The notes: generated by a model from the letters alone, not told the origin. A DNA stretch of 64,000 nt from an uncultured Planctomycetaceae bacterium (GCA_963833985.1 CAWIAD010000002.1:4608001-4672000), one strand, 5' to 3'. Positions 42,105 to 54,645 are shown, numbered from the stretch's first letter. Translations and numbers: made by a program.

Positions 42105-42767
42105 ATGGTGGCACAAGACCTCACGAGGACGCGGTTGCTGGAAGGGGCGGGGCAGGAGTTTGCCGAGAAGGGTTACGAGCTGGCCCGGGTGCGTTCAATC
42201 TGCGACCGGGCGGGAGCGAACCTGGCGGCGATCAACTACCATTTCGGCGACAAGGAGCAGCTCTATGTTGCGGCTTTGCGGGAAGCCCATCGTTGCGGGC
42301 TGGAGCCCGGGGACCCGCGGACTGATGCCTCGTTGCCTGCCGCGGAGCGCTTGCGAGGATTCATCCATCACTTTCTGGATCGAGTGCTGGCCATGAATCA
42401 TCCGGATGACTGGCAGCACCGGCTCATGTTGCGAGAGATGCTTTCGCCGACCCCCTTCTCGGATATCCTGATCCGTGAAGTGATCCGCCCGCGCTTCGAG
42501 ATGCTCCGGAGCCTGATGGGGGAGATCTGTCCCGAGGCGGACGACCGCCGGCTCAATGCGCTGGTGTGCAGCATTATCGGTCAATGTTTGCATTACAAGA
42601 TGGCGCGGCGGGTGACCGAGCGGCTCCTTGGACCGGAGGGCTACGCTGCCCTGAGCCTTGATTACCTGACCGACCACATCACGTCTTTCTGCCTTGCCGC
42701 CCTGGGCATGGGGCCCACGCTCAACCAGGCGGGTGAACCTGCGGGCTCGGGCTCTCGACCCATCTAA
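42105..42767 (+). CDS. TetR-family regulator (CecR/DUF1956-like)
   Basis: FAEKGY...ANLAAINYHFGDKEQLY; LMLREM, SIIGQC. Confidence 0.85.
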   Translation: MVAQDLTRTRLLEGAGQEFAEKGYELARVRSICDRAGANLAAINYHFGDKEQLYVAALREAHRCGLEPGDPRTDASLPAAERLRGFIHHFLDRVLAMNHPDDWQHRLMLREMLSPTPFSDILIREVIRPRFEMLRSLMGEICPEADDRRLNALVCSIIGQCLHYKMARRVTERLLGPEGYAALSLDYLTDHITSFCLAALGMGPTLNQAGEPAGSGSRPI

Positions 42768-42790
42768 ACCGACGATCGCGAGGGAACGTC

Positions 42791-44228
42791 ATGTACTGGA
42801 TCGCGCTGAAGATGCTGGTCGGCGACCGGGCCAAGTTCCTGGGCATCGTGCTGGGGCTGACCTTCGCGGCCGCGCTCATCGTGCAGCAAGGATCGATCTT
42901 CTGCGGGCTCATGCTCCGCACCTGCGCAGATCTCGGACATCACGGGCGCCGACCTGTGGGTGATGGAGCCAAGCGTCCGGTTCGTGGACGACATCAAGCC
43001 GCTCCTGGAGAGCAACCTTCAGCGCGTGCGGGGGGTTTCCGGCGTGAAGTGGGCGGTTCCGCTGTACAAGGGGAACGCGCGGGCGAAGCTGACGTTCTCG
43101 GCGGCAGAGCTGAAGGAGCGAACCTATCCGCCCCGTGAGCTCGAGCGCGACCGGCAAGCCAGGGCGGCACCCCCCGCGAATCCGTTCACGAAGGTGCTCG
43201 ACCTGCTCCAGCCTGGCATCGACTATCCGCCCACTCCGCCCGCGCGGTGGTACGACGAGCGGATCCTGAACGTCATCGAGCAGGTGATCCTCATCGGTGT
43301 TGATGACACCTCCATGGTGGGCGCACCGCCGCGCGGGTCGATGATCGGCCCTCCTCCGAACGGGCGCATGCTGGTGGGCAATCCCGAGGACCTGCGCCGG
43401 CCTGATTCGGTCATCGTCGACCGCGTCGGCCTGGCCAAGCTGTTCCCCGGCTGTCATCTCGACGACCCCTTCAGCAAGCCTGAGAAGGAGTCTGATACGC
43501 AGTACATCGAGCGGCTGCACAGGTTCGTGGCGGCGGCTCCCGAGATCGAGATGAACGATCACCGGGCGATCATCGTCGGGGTCTGCGAGGCAACGCGGAC
43601 GTTCCAGTCCAACCCGGTCGTCTACACGCTCTACAGCAGGGCCAAGCAGTTCATTCCGATGGAGCGGAAGATGCTCTCGTTCATCCTTGCGAAGACGGGC
43701 GACGACGCGAGCGGCCGGAAGATTCCGCCGGAGGTCGTCGCCGAGCGGATCCAGCGGCAGACCGGGCTGGGCGCCCGCACCAGCGAGAAGTTCATGTACA
43801 AAACCATCAAGTACTATCTTATCTATACAGGCATCCCGATCAACTTCGGCATCACGGTCTTCCTCGGGTTCCTGGTGGGAACGGCCGTCGCGGGCCAGAC
43901 CTTCTACAACTTCACGATCGAGAACATCAAGCAGTTCGGGGCCCTCAAGGCCATGGGCGCCTCGAACTGGCGGATCGTCACCATGATCCTGCTCCAGGCG
44001 GCCGTTGCGGGTGTGCTCGGCTATGGCATCGGAGTGGGGCTTTCCACGCTCTTTGGCTGGAAGGCGGCCACCGGCTGGCAGGGCCAGCCGACCGAGCTGG
44101 CGTTCTTCACCCCCTGGCAACTGCTGCCCACCGCCGCCGTGGCCATCATCTTCATCTGCGTGCTGGCCAGCCTGCTCTCGGTACAGCGCGTGATCCGGCT
44201 CGAGCCGGCCATCGTCTTCCGGAGTTGA
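42791..44228 (+). CDS. ABC exporter permease, FtsX/MacB(DevC)-like (frameshift near 42930)
   Basis: IALKMLVGDRAKF, GADLWVM, GQTFY.F..EN..QFGALKAMGAS, LEPAIVFR. Confidence 0.88.
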
Positions 44229-44292
44229 TCGTCTCTTTCCCGTCGCGCCGTGGCGTCGTTCTTGACGGAAAAGGCAGAGGGCGGACAGAACC

Positions 44293-45045
44293 ATGTTCCA
44301 GTCTCGTTCCGCGGTGAAGTTGCAGCCCGAACCCGATACCAGCGGCGTCGCCGTGCGGGTTCGCGGGCTGACCAAGCATTTCGGGTCGGGCGATCAGCGT
44401 GTGCAGGCGCTCGCGGGAGTGGACCTCGATATCTTCGCCGGCCAGATGTCGCTCATCGTCGGCCCTTCCGGATGCGGCAAGACCACGCTGCTCTCGGTGA
44501 TCGCGGGCATCCTCGATGCCGACGCGGGCGAGGTGTCCATCTTCGGCAGCGACATCACGCGCATGAGCGACCGCCAGAAGACCTCGTTCCGCGCCAGGAA
44601 TATCGGCTTCGTGTTCCAGCAGTACAACCTGCTGCCGGCATTGACCGCGGCCGAGAACGCCGCCATCCCCCTGGTCATCGCCGGCTGGAGCAAGGCCCCG
44701 GCCGTGCGCAAGGCCAGCGAGGTGCTGGCGTCGATCGGCATGGGCAAGAAGATCAAGAGCCTCCCCTCGCAGCTCTCCGGCGGGCAGATGCAGCGCGTGG
44801 CCATCGCCCGGGCGCTGACTCATGACCCCAAGCTGCTGGTGTGCGACGAGCCGACCGCGGCGCTCGACCACGAGACCGGGCTCACCGTCATGGAGCTGCT
44901 CAAGGAGTCCGCCGTCAAGCCCGACCGGGCCGTGGCCATCGTCACGCATGACAACCGCGTCTTCCAGTTCGGCGACCGCATCGCCCACATGGACGACGGA
45001 GCCTGCGTGCAGGTGGAAGACCGCACCGCGGAAGCCGCGGCATGA
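44293..45045 (+). CDS. ABC transporter ATP-binding protein
   Basis: GPSGCGKT, LSGGQ, CDEPT, VTHD. Confidence 0.93.
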   Translation: MFQSRSAVKLQPEPDTSGVAVRVRGLTKHFGSGDQRVQALAGVDLDIFAGQMSLIVGPSGCGKTTLLSVIAGILDADAGEVSIFGSDITRMSDRQKTSFRARNIGFVFQQYNLLPALTAAENAAIPLVIAGWSKAPAVRKASEVLASIGMGKKIKSLPSQLSGGQMQRVAIARALTHDPKLLVCDEPTAALDHETGLTVMELLKESAVKPDRAVAIVTHDNRVFQFGDRIAHMDDGACVQVEDRTAEAAA

Positions 45046-45110
45046 CGTTCCGGGTGCTTCGAGCAAGAAACCAATACCGCCATTCATGATCCCTTGTCAT
45101 GGGGTTTTCC

Positions 45111-46309
45111 ATGTTCACAAAGATTGCCTTACCCATCATGGCCTTGCTGGGCATTGCCCTGGGCGTGGGTGCGGTCTATTCCAGTGCGAAGAAGGAACGG
45201 CCCGTCTCGCAGCCGATCCTCGACCCTCCGCAAAGGCCGGAGCAGATCGAGCACGCCATCTACGGCCTGGGGCTCGTGGAGGCCCAGCGCGAGAACATCC
45301 CGATCGGCACCGCAGTCCCGGGCGTGGTGATGGAGGTCTACGTCGACGGCCGGCCCGGCTTCACTCCGCACCACAAGCGCGTGGGCGACAAGGTCACGAA
45401 GGGTGAGCCGCTGTTCCGGATCGACGACCGGGACCTGAAGGCTGAGCTGAGGACCCGCGAATCCGCGCACCGGGCGGCGGTGGCACAACTGCACCGTCTG
45501 GAAAAGATGCCCCGCGCCGAGGACCTGCCTCCCGCCATCGCGGCCGTCGACGAGGCACGCGCCCGGCTGTTCGACTCTGAGGCCGCTTACAATCGCGACG
45601 TGAATCTCTTCGAGAAGAAGATGCTCTCCGCCTCGGACTTCGACAAGGACCGGTACACTCGGCTGGGCGCCGGGCCATGCTCGCCCATGCCGAGGCCGAC
45701 CTGGCCAAGCTCAAGGCGGGCGCCTGGAAGGAAGATATCGAGGTCCAGCGCGCGGCCGTGGAGCAGGCGCAAAGCCAGATCGACAGCATCCAGATCATGC
45801 TCGAACGGCTCGTCGTGCGGGCGCCCGTGGACGGCGAGGTACTCCAGGTGAACGTGCGCCCGGGACAGCTTGCCACCCTGTCCTGGAAAGAACCGATGAT
45901 CGTGCTGGGCGAGGTCAACCGACTGCACGTCCGGGTCGATATCGACGAGAACGATCTCTGGAGGTTCAGCGAGGGCATGACGGCCTGGGCCAACATCAAG
46001 GGCCGCAAGCAGCCCCGCTTCCCCCTCGAGTACGTCCGCATCGAGCCGTACGTCATTCCCAAGAAGAGCCTCACCGGCGACAACTCGGAACGTGTGGACA
46101 CCCGGGCGCTCCAGGTGCTCTACGCTCTGCCGGACCAGGCCCCGGCCAGGGTCTATGTCGGACAGCAGATGGAAGTGTTCCTCGCCCTGGACGACGAGCT
46201 TCCGGACCTGGCTGGAACCGGCCAGACGTCGCGGGATACACGTGACAGCCAACTTTCCCCGGCAAGCGCGCACGACCACCCTTCCGCACGGCCGGGCCTC
46301 TCACGCTGA
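45111..46309 (+). CDS. HlyD-family periplasmic adaptor (frameshift near 45672)
   Basis: N-terminal TM; VGDKVTKGEPLFRID, RAPVDGEVL, RVDIDE, ERVDTRALQV. Confidence 0.88.
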
Positions 46310-46554
46310 TCGGCCGTCCGGTGACGAGGAACAGACTCAGGCATCGAGCGACGTTCAGGGTGTGCCGGGCCTGACATTGTGGCTGGCCCGGGCGCCGGAC
46401 TCCCGATCGTTCCTTCTGTTCACCCCGGCATTACGAGCGGAATGAGATTCCGGGAAGGGGGCAGGCGCGGCGGAATCACGTGGTCATACTGCTCGGGAGG
46501 AAGCTCCCAGACCCAGCCAATGCCACTCCGTGGGCGACTCGAAAGGCGCAAGCG

Positions 46555-48689
46555 ATGACCCAGACCACCCGCGCAGCCGCACGCCTGCTGGTCCTTGCTC
46601 TGGCGATCGTCATGGCTGCTTCGTCACACGCCCAGACGCGCGGCGTGCCGCTGGATCTTTCGGGGTACGATCCCGCGTGCGGCGTGACGGTGGAGCAGAG
46701 CCGCGAGCTGCTCACCCTGCGCTGGCCGGCCGGCGGTGGAGAGATTGCCCAGCTTGTGCTTGACCTGCGACCGGGAAAGCCGCTCTGCGCGCGCATGGAC
46801 GTGGCCGCGAAAGCCGGCGAGACGTTCCGGACGGTGCTCCAGAATGTCGATCCGGCGGCCTTCGTGACCGTCGGCGACCGCGAGGCGCCGACCGGGCGTC
46901 CACCCGAGATGAGCGTCTTCAACGTCTTCTTCGACACGCCCGCCAATCGCCCGCACCAGACGCATCGTTCGAGTTTCGAGCTTCGGAACGCAAGCGTCCG
47001 CTCTCGGGGACGGCGGGCGACGGTCACGCTCGGGGAGCTCACTGCCGGACCCTTTGCCGGACACTGGGAGATCACCGTCTATGCAGGCGCCAGGCTGATC
47101 CACCTGGAGGCGGTCGTCCGCACTCAGCGCGCGCGCACGGCGTTCCTCTACGACATGGGCCTGGTGAGCGAAGCTCTCCCCGCGAGCCGGCTGGCCTGGG
47201 TCGACACCCAGGGCGTGACGCACACGACCGAGCCCAGCGCGGGCGATCATCACGAGGCCGTCCGCCACCGCGCGATCGTGGCCGAGACGGACGGCGGTGC
47301 GGTCGCCTGTTTCCCGCCGCCCCACCAGTACTTCTTTCCCCGGGACCTCACCGAGAACCAGCAGACCGTCTGGTACGGCAGCAACCATCGCGGCCTTGAC
47401 CCGCGCCATGGATTCGGCATCCGCCAGACCGAGCGCGGAGGGGGCTCTTACGTCCCCTGGTTCAATGCCCCGCCCGGCAGCACCCAGCGCCTGGGGGTCT
47501 TCCTGCTGCTCACGCGGGGCAAGACCGAGGACGCCTTGCGGGAAACGCTCCGCTTCACCCACGGTGACCGTTTCGTGACGCTCGACGGCTATCGCACCTT
47601 CACCAGCCACTTCCACATGGCCATCGCCATGGCCGCACTCGAGGAACAGGCGCGCGGCACGCAGCGATCGACGCCCGATTTCGTACGGATGTTCAAGGAC
47701 CTTGGCGTGAACATCGTCCATCTGGCCGAGTTCCACGGCGACGGCCATCCTCAAGATCCCGGCCAGGTGCGGCTGGCCGAACTGCAAGCGATGTTCGACG
47801 AGTGCCAGCGGTTGTCGGACGAGCAACTCCTCTTCCTGCCGGGCGAGGAAGCCAACGTCTACCTGGGACTCCCCGCGCCGGGCGGCACGCCGGACACTGG
47901 CTTTACCTCTTCCCCAGACCCGTCTACTGGACCATGAAACGCGCCGCGGGCCAGCCGTTTCACGAGGCGGACTCGCGCTTCGGCTCGATCTACCACGTGG
48001 GCAGCAGGGCCGACATGCTCAGGCTGCTGGACCAGGAGGACGGGCTGGCCTGGACCGCGCACGCCCGGATCAAGGCGTCGAGCTGGACGCCGGACATCTA
48101 TCGGGACGAGGACTTCTTTGTCTCCGACCGCTGGCTGGGCGCGGCCTGGAAGGCCATGCCCGCCGACCTCTCGCACGATCGGCTTGGCCGGCGCGTGCTG
48201 GACCTGCTGGACGACATGGCGAACTGGGGCCGGCACAAGCAGGTCATCGGCGAGGTCGACGTCTTCAAGCTCGGCCACTCCCACGAACTTTATGGTCACA
48301 TGAACATCAATTACATCCGCCTGGAACGCACTCCGCGCTCTGGTGAAAGCTGGAAACCGGTCCTGGATGCGCTCCGCCAGGGGCGGTTCTTCGTGACCAC
48401 CGGCGAGGTGCTGATTCCCGAGTTCAACGTCGAGCAGCCGCGCCAGGATGCTCCCGCCCGGCTCCACGCCCAGCTTCACTGGACCTTCCCGCTCCACTTT
48501 GCGGAGGTCGTCTCGGGAGACGGCAAGCAGGTCTTCCGGCAACGGGTCGACCTGTCCGACACCGAGGCGTTCGGCCAGAAAACGCTGGACCTCACTCTTG
48601 CGCTCGCCGGAAGGACCTGGGTCCGCCTTGAAGCATGGGATGTTGCTTGCAATGGCGCGTTCACCCAGCCGGTCTGGCTCGGGCACTGA
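46555..48689 (+). CDS. Secreted protein with PHP-like metallohydrolase domain (frameshift near 47885)
   Basis: Signal peptide; SHFH, EFHGDGH, PGEE, GHW, AHARIK, FFVTTGE, AFTQPVW. Confidence 0.6.
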
Positions 48690-48839
48690 GCGCCTCTGGC
48701 TCGAATCGTTCTCTCATTCTTTTCTTCGCTCATACGGTGGGGGTGAGCCCCTGCGCCTCGTTGCTCCGGGGGGTTGGCGGACCCGGTAGAATCGACCGTG
48801 CCCCGGGGACGGCCAGGAACGGAACAGGGAGTTGCAGGC

Positions 48840-50432
48840 ATGGCAGGATCGAGTGCAGGTGAGAACGGTCAATCGGGGGACGATTCCGGAGGCAGCGATG
48901 GGCCGTTGATCCCGGGCCGGCGGCAGGTGACCGCCGCGCTCCTGGTGGCGATGATCGTCACGGCGATGGAGCAACTGGTCGTCTCGCCGGCCATGCCCAC
49001 GATCATCGCTCAGCTCAAGGGCTTCGAGATCTACCCGTGGGTGATCTCGGCCTACCTGCTGGCCTCGACCGTGAGCACGCCGCTCTATGGCAAGCTGGCC
49101 GACCTGTTCGGCCGCAAGCCGGTCCTGCTCTTCGGCCTGGTCGTCTTCAGCATCGGGTCGATGCTCTCGGGAACCGCACAGAGCATGGGCCAGTTGATCG
49201 TGATGCGGACGATCCAGGGGCTGGGAGCGGGTGCCGTCGCACCGATCGTGCTGACCCTGCTGGGGGATCTCTTCTCGCTCAAGGAGCGCGCCCGTATCCA
49301 GGGTCTTTTCAGCACGGTGTGGGGACTTTCCAGCATCGCGGGCCCGCTCATCGGCGGCTGGTTGACGGTTCATCTCAACTGGCGCTGGGTGTTCTTCGTG
49401 AGCGTCCCGTTCGCCGTTCTTGCCTCGCTCATGCTCGCCTTTTGCTTCCACGAGAAGACAGAGCGGCGGACCGTGGCGCCGATCGATTGGGCGGGCGCCG
49501 GGCTGCTCACCGGAGGGCTCTCCGCGCTGCTCTTGATTGTGCTTGACGGATCCAGCCTGGGCCTGAAGCTGGACGTGGTCCTCGCCGTGCTCACGGTGGG
49601 GCTGCTGGTCGGCTTTGTGTTCCGGGAACTGCACGCCGAGGATCCGATCCTGCCCATGGACCTGATGATCCGGCCAACCATCCTGGCGTCGGTCATCGCC
49701 AACTTTCTGATCGGTGGCATTCTTTACGGAATCGAGACCTACGTGCCCTTGTTCATGCAAGGGGTACGGGGCGGCGACGCGCGGCAAGCCGGGCAGGCAC
49801 TCACGCCCCTCTTCCTCTCGTGGGCCGTGAGCGTGGCCTTCGCTGCGCAAGCCGTGGTGCGGTGGGGATTTCGGCGCGGCGGGATGTTCGGGGCGGGACT
49901 GGTCGTGGTGGGCGTGTCCGGACTGGTCGCCGGCGCCATGCTGCCGGAGTGGACCCGATTGATATTCACGGGTTCGCTGATCGTCATCGGCATGGGGATG
50001 GGGCCGGCGTCGCTCAGCTTCATCCTCGCTGTGCAGCACGCGGTGAGCTGGGGTCAGCGAGGCGTGGCGACCGGAGCCGTGATCTTCTTCCGCACGATCG
50101 GTGGCGCGATTGGCGTGGGCATCCTGGGAGGAGCCCTGGGCTGGGAGCTGAGCCACCTGCTCTCCTCCGCGGGCGTGACGGGGATCGACGTCTCGGCAGC
50201 GCTCCGCCCGGAAACTCACAACCAGCTTCCCCCCGGCAGCCTTGGTCTCGTGCAGTCGCTGCTCGGGCTGTCGCTGCGCGACGTGTACGTCCAGATGCTC
50301 ATCCTGGCCGTCGGGACGATGATCTGCACGGCCTGGCTGCCGGGAAAGTCGGCGACCGCCGCGACCGGCCCCGAATCCACGGAAGACGAGGTCTCGGAAT
50401 CCGAGGCCATCGCGGCAGCGATCGAAACCTGA
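48840..50432 (+). CDS. MFS DHA2 (EmrB/QacA-like) transporter
   Basis: WVISAYLL, YGKLADLFGRK, RTIQGLG, GPLIGG, WRWVF; about 14 TM segments. Confidence 0.9.
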   Translation: MAGSSAGENGQSGDDSGGSDGPLIPGRRQVTAALLVAMIVTAMEQLVVSPAMPTIIAQLKGFEIYPWVISAYLLASTVSTPLYGKLADLFGRKPVLLFGLVVFSIGSMLSGTAQSMGQLIVMRTIQGLGAGAVAPIVLTLLGDLFSLKERARIQGLFSTVWGLSSIAGPLIGGWLTVHLNWRWVFFVSVPFAVLASLMLAFCFHEKTERRTVAPIDWAGAGLLTGGLSALLLIVLDGSSLGLKLDVVLAVLTVGLLVGFVFRELHAEDPILPMDLMIRPTILASVIANFLIGGILYGIETYVPLFMQGVRGGDARQAGQALTPLFLSWAVSVAFAAQAVVRWGFRRGGMFGAGLVVVGVSGLVAGAMLPEWTRLIFTGSLIVIGMGMGPASLSFILAVQHAVSWGQRGVATGAVIFFRTIGGAIGVGILGGALGWELSHLLSSAGVTGIDVSAALRPETHNQLPPGSLGLVQSLLGLSLRDVYVQMLILAVGTMICTAWLPGKSATAATGPESTEDEVSESEAIAAAIET

Positions 50433-50483
50433 GCATGGCCGGGTTCGCCGCTCGGGGGGTATGGCGGCGAACCGGCGCGGCGC

Positions 50484-51988
50484 TCAGGCGAGTTCGGGCA
50501 CGACGAACGGCTCTCGATACCTGCGCCGCGACAGCGCGTTGGCTCCGTCCGCGAAGTCCTGGACGAACCGCTCGGTCGTGGCATCGAACGTGACCCAGGG
50601 CCCGAGGGCCGCCCGCGTCCTGGAGAGGTCCACGCCGTTCTCCCGGAGGTACTCGCGGCAGCGCTCGAATGCGTCGGCCAGCTCCGTGTTCCCCTCGATC
50701 GTGGAGCGGATGGCCTCGGGAGGGGCCTCTCTCCCGAGCCGGTGCGAGATGTTCGCCATGTGGCAGCAGGCCACGGAGCGGTGCCCCTTGAGCGCCTCGG
50801 CCTTCAGCTCGCTCGCTTTCCGGCTGCGGACCGATGCGATGAAGTTCGCGAGATGAGCCGTTTCCAGCGCCTGGGCATTGCCGGCGGCCGTGAAGCCTTT
50901 GATCTTCTTTCCCGCCTTGTCGAAGAGCGCACCACCGTTGGCATCGCCGGCGAAGGAGCCGCCCTCGCAATCGATGACCACGCCGTGGTTCGCGTTCCGG
51001 AACCGCCCCATCGCATCCCGGCCCTGGGCGGCGTGCACGTTGCGGATTTCACAGATGAGCGGCGCCGGCTGGTAGTCGAAGAGTGCAACCTGGGTGTTGG
51101 CCGTCTCGCCGCAGTCATCGAAGGCAAACCGGCCGCCGATGCTCAGGGCGCGCGGGGCGGCTGGTTCTGCCGCAATGCCCAGCGGCAGACGTCGATGACG
51201 TGGATCCCGTTATTGCCAATCTCGCCGTTGCCGGTGGCCCAGAACCAGTGCCACTCGTAGTTCAACTGCTTGCGCATGAGCGGCTCCCGGGGAGCCGGGC
51301 CGCACCAGATGTCATAATCGATGTTCGCCGGCACCGAGGTGGGCGCACTGACGCGCCCGATGCCCTCGCGGGGCCGATACACGAGCGCATGGGCATAGCG
51401 GATCGCCCCGAGGTCGCCTCCGTGCAGGTGATCGAAGGCCTCGCGGAGCAGCGCGCTGGAGCGGCTCTGCATGCCCACCTGGACCATCCGTCCATGCTTC
51501 CGGGCCGCAGCGACCATCTGCTTCCCCTCCCACAGGTCGTAGGAGAACGGCTTCTCAACGTAGACATCCTTGCCCGCTTGAATCGCCCAGATTGTCGCCA
51601 GCGCGTGCCAGTGGTTGGGCAGGGCGACGACCACCGCGTCGACGGACTTGTCGTCGAACACCCGGCGCAGGTCGGTGTAGGTAGCGACGGCTTCGCCTCG
51701 ATCCTTGAACTCCTGGACTTCACGGATCAGGAATGCCTGGTTCACGTCGCAGAGCGCGACGATGCGGGCGCCGGGGACCTCTCGCAGGCGGGGGATGAGC
51801 TGATGCCCTCGGCCGCCGACACCCCCGATGGCCTTCGTGTCTCCCATTCCCACCACTGCCACGCGGACCGTTTCACTGGGGCTCGCCCCGCTGGACCAGC
51901 GCCCGGCGCGGATCACCCCCGGCATGCCGAGGACAAGCCCGGCCGTCGTTGATTGCTTGAAGAAATTCCGCCGTGTGAGTGGCTTCAT
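50484..51988 (-). CDS. Tat-exported Gfo/Idh/MocA oxidoreductase (frameshift near 51160)
   Basis: TRRNF; PNHWH, YVEKP, WHWFWATGNGEIGNNGIH; C-terminal YREPFVVP. Confidence 0.85.
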
Positions 51989-52240
51989 GTTTTTTCCGCT
52001 CCCGGGGGGTCCGCAGACGGATGACCTGGCAGAAGGCCCGCATGAGCCTGGAGCCATGGCTCCCTAGACTACGAGGTTTGCACTGAGTAACTCAAGCAAC
52101 CTGTACCGGAACTCATCGTGAACCGGCGTGTCCCGGCGCCATCCCGCGCGAACCTCCGGCCAAGAGACACTTTCCCCGACCCCGGCGGGGGATTACGATG
52201 ATGCGGCTTGATCGCTCCGTTCGACCAGGAGTCTACTCGC

Positions 52241-52732
52241 ATGATTCGATCGTCGTGCCGCTTTCGTCGCTCACCGCTGCTCTGGGCCGCGATGAGCCTT
52301 ACCCTGGGTACGGGCTGGGCGTTTCGCGAGCTGGCGCACGCCCGCGAGCGGGCCGCGCAGGTTGCGTCGCAGACGCTCACTCTGGACCAGCTCAAGATGG
52401 CGACATACGAGGACCGGGGGACGCCCGTGGGCCAGATTGGCCTCTATGTCCAGGGCGAAACGCCGGGCTGCGCTTCGCTGGTGGCCGGCCGGTTGGTCCT
52501 CGACCCCGGGAAGTCGCCGCATCCGCCGCATATGCACGAGGACGAGGAAGTGCTGATCGTCGCGTCCGGGCATGGCGAGATCGTCTGCGAGGGCAAGACC
52601 ACCAGCGTTGGGCCGGGCTCGCTCATGTACTCGACACCGAACGTCGCCCACGGCATCAAGAACACCGGAACAGAGCCGCTCTCGTTCTACTTCATGAAGT
52701 GGATTCCCCGCGGAAGCAGCGCCCCGCGATGA
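52241..52732 (+). CDS. Cupin-domain protein
   Basis: PHPPHMHEDEEV...G.G...PNVAHGIKNTG. Confidence 0.85.
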   Translation: MIRSSCRFRRSPLLWAAMSLTLGTGWAFRELAHARERAAQVASQTLTLDQLKMATYEDRGTPVGQIGLYVQGETPGCASLVAGRLVLDPGKSPHPPHMHEDEEVLIVASGHGEIVCEGKTTSVGPGSLMYSTPNVAHGIKNTGTEPLSFYFMKWIPRGSSAPR

Positions 52733-52761
52733 CCCGACCGGGCGCCGCCGGACGACCATCC

Positions 52762-53742
52762 ATGAGAAGACTTCGATCGCTTACGTACTTTGCTCTTGCC
52801 GGCATCACCGCGTGCGTGCTGGGCTGCGGCACTGCCGATGACGGAACGGCATCCGGGATATCGCGATCCTCTGCCGGCTCCAGCGCCGCGGCCCGCATCG
52901 GTGCCGTCCTGCCCACCTTCAGCCACCCGTTCTTCCTTGCCCAGAAACGGGGGCTGGAAGAGAAAGCGCAGGAACTCGGCGTCACAATCGACGTCCGGGA
53001 CGGACAGGACGACGACGTCAAGCAAATTGGCCAGGTTGAGACGCTCATCAACCTGGGATGCAACGCCCTGATCCTCTGCCCGCGCGACGAGGATGCCCTG
53101 GTACCCGCGGTGGAAGCCGCCAACCGGGCCGGCATTCCGATCATCGCGCTGAACCGGCGTATCCATGGCGGCAACGTGCTTGCGTACGTGGGCGCGGACG
53201 ATGCCGAGGGGGGCGTGCTCCAGGGCGAGGCACTGGTGCAATGGCTGGGACCCCAGGGAGGCAAGATCCTTTACCTGGAGGGAACCGAGGGATCCAGCCC
53301 CCAGCGCCAGCGCAGCAAGGGCCTGCTGGCCGTGCTTCAGAACCACCCGGCGATCACCATCGCCGATCGCCGGTTCGCGGGGTTCCAGGAAGACAGGGCC
53401 AAGGGCATCATGACCGACCTGGTCCGCCGCTTTTCTCCCGGCGAGATCCGCGCCGTGCTGGCCCAGTCCGACGAGATGGCGCTCCCGGCCGCGGAGGTGC
53501 TGCTGGCCGAGGGCTGGAAGGACACCGTGGTGATTGGCTTCGACGGCAGCCGCGCCGCGTTTGAGGCCATCCGCAAGGGCACACTGAAAGCGACGATCCT
53601 CCAGGACCCGCTCGAGCAAGGCAAGAAAGCCGTCGAGTCCATCGCCGCCCAGCTCCGGGGCCAGACCATCGACCCGGAGATCATCACCCCCCTCCGCCTC
53701 ATCACCCGCGACAACGTCGACCAGTTTCAACCGGCCTACTGA
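52762..53742 (+). CDS. Sugar ABC transporter substrate-binding lipoprotein (RbsB-like)
   Basis: Lipobox VLGC; HPFF, DEMA, IGFDG, ATILQDP. Confidence 0.88.
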   Translation: MRRLRSLTYFALAGITACVLGCGTADDGTASGISRSSAGSSAAARIGAVLPTFSHPFFLAQKRGLEEKAQELGVTIDVRDGQDDDVKQIGQVETLINLGCNALILCPRDEDALVPAVEAANRAGIPIIALNRRIHGGNVLAYVGADDAEGGVLQGEALVQWLGPQGGKILYLEGTEGSSPQRQRSKGLLAVLQNHPAITIADRRFAGFQEDRAKGIMTDLVRRFSPGEIRAVLAQSDEMALPAAEVLLAEGWKDTVVIGFDGSRAAFEAIRKGTLKATILQDPLEQGKKAVESIAAQLRGQTIDPEIITPLRLITRDNVDQFQPAY

Positions 53743-53755
53743 GCTGAGCCGCGCT

Positions 53756-53788
53756 GGTGGGCCTCGCCTACGGCTCGACCCACCCTAC
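53756..53788 (-). repeat. GTAG-type REP element between convergent genes
   Basis: Minus strand GTAGGGTGGGTCGAGCCGTAGGCGAGGCCCACC. Confidence 0.8.
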
Positions 53789-53805
53789 AAACTGCCTACT
53801 GCCTA

Positions 53806-54645
53806 CTATTCCCCCGGCCACTCTCCCTGAAAGACCTCAATGGCCGGGCCGGTCATGAGGACCGAGGAATGGCGATCGGGCCATTCCAGCACCAGGTCGC
53901 CGCCCGGAAGATGCGCCAGGATGTGCCGACCGGTCCGGCCGGTGAGCACGCCCGCGACGCACACGGCACACGCGCCCGTGCCGCAGGCGAGGGTGATGCC
54001 AGAGCCTCGTTCCCAGGTCCGCATGCGCACCTCGCGCGGGCTCATCACGTCGACCACGTGCACATTCACCCGGCGGGGAAACTTCGGGTGGTGCTCCAGC
54101 GCCGGACCAAGCAACTCCAGCGGAAAATGATGGACATCCTGGACGTAGATCACCGCGTGCGGGTTGCCCATGGAAACGGCCGTCACGGCGAGCGTCTGGC
54201 CTTCCAGTTCGATCGGGGCGTCGATGGGAGGATCGCCCGAGAGCAGCGTGGGAATCTGGGCCGCCTGAAGAATCGGCGCGCCCATGTCCACCCGCACGTG
54301 CCGGACCAGCCCGCTCTCGACCTCGAGGTCAAGCACCAGCCTGCCGCGGCCGGTCTCGATTGTCAGCCTGTCCTTCCTGGCAAGTCCATGATCATGCAAG
54401 AGCTTGGCCACACAGCGCACGCCGTTCCCACACATCTCGCCTTCGGATCCGTCGGCGTTGAACATTCTCATCCGCGCATCGGCAAGCTCGGACGGTTCGA
54501 TGAGGATCAGGCCGTCCGATCCCACTCCGAGATGCCGATCACTGATCGCCACGGCCAGGCGCTGGGGATCCACGGGAGGACGCTGCGTGAAGGCCTCAAC
54601 AAAAACGTAATCGTTGCCAATACCATGCATCTTGGTGAACTTCAT
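53806..54645 (-). CDS. dapF: Diaminopimelate epimerase
   Basis: FTKMHGIGNDY, EMCGNGVRC, SMGNPH, WERGSGITLACGTGACA. Confidence 0.96.
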   Translation of the reverse strand: MKFTKMHGIGNDYVFVEAFTQRPPVDPQRLAVAISDRHLGVGSDGLILIEPSELADARMRMFNADGSEGEMCGNGVRCVAKLLHDHGLARKDRLTIETGRGRLVLDLEVESGLVRHVRVDMGAPILQAAQIPTLLSGDPPIDAPIELEGQTLAVTAVSMGNPHAVIYVQDVHHFPLELLGPALEHHPKFPRRVNVHVVDVMSPREVRMRTWERGSGITLACGTGACAVCVAGVLTGRTGRHILAHLPGGDLVLEWPDRHSSVLMTGPAIEVFQGEWPGE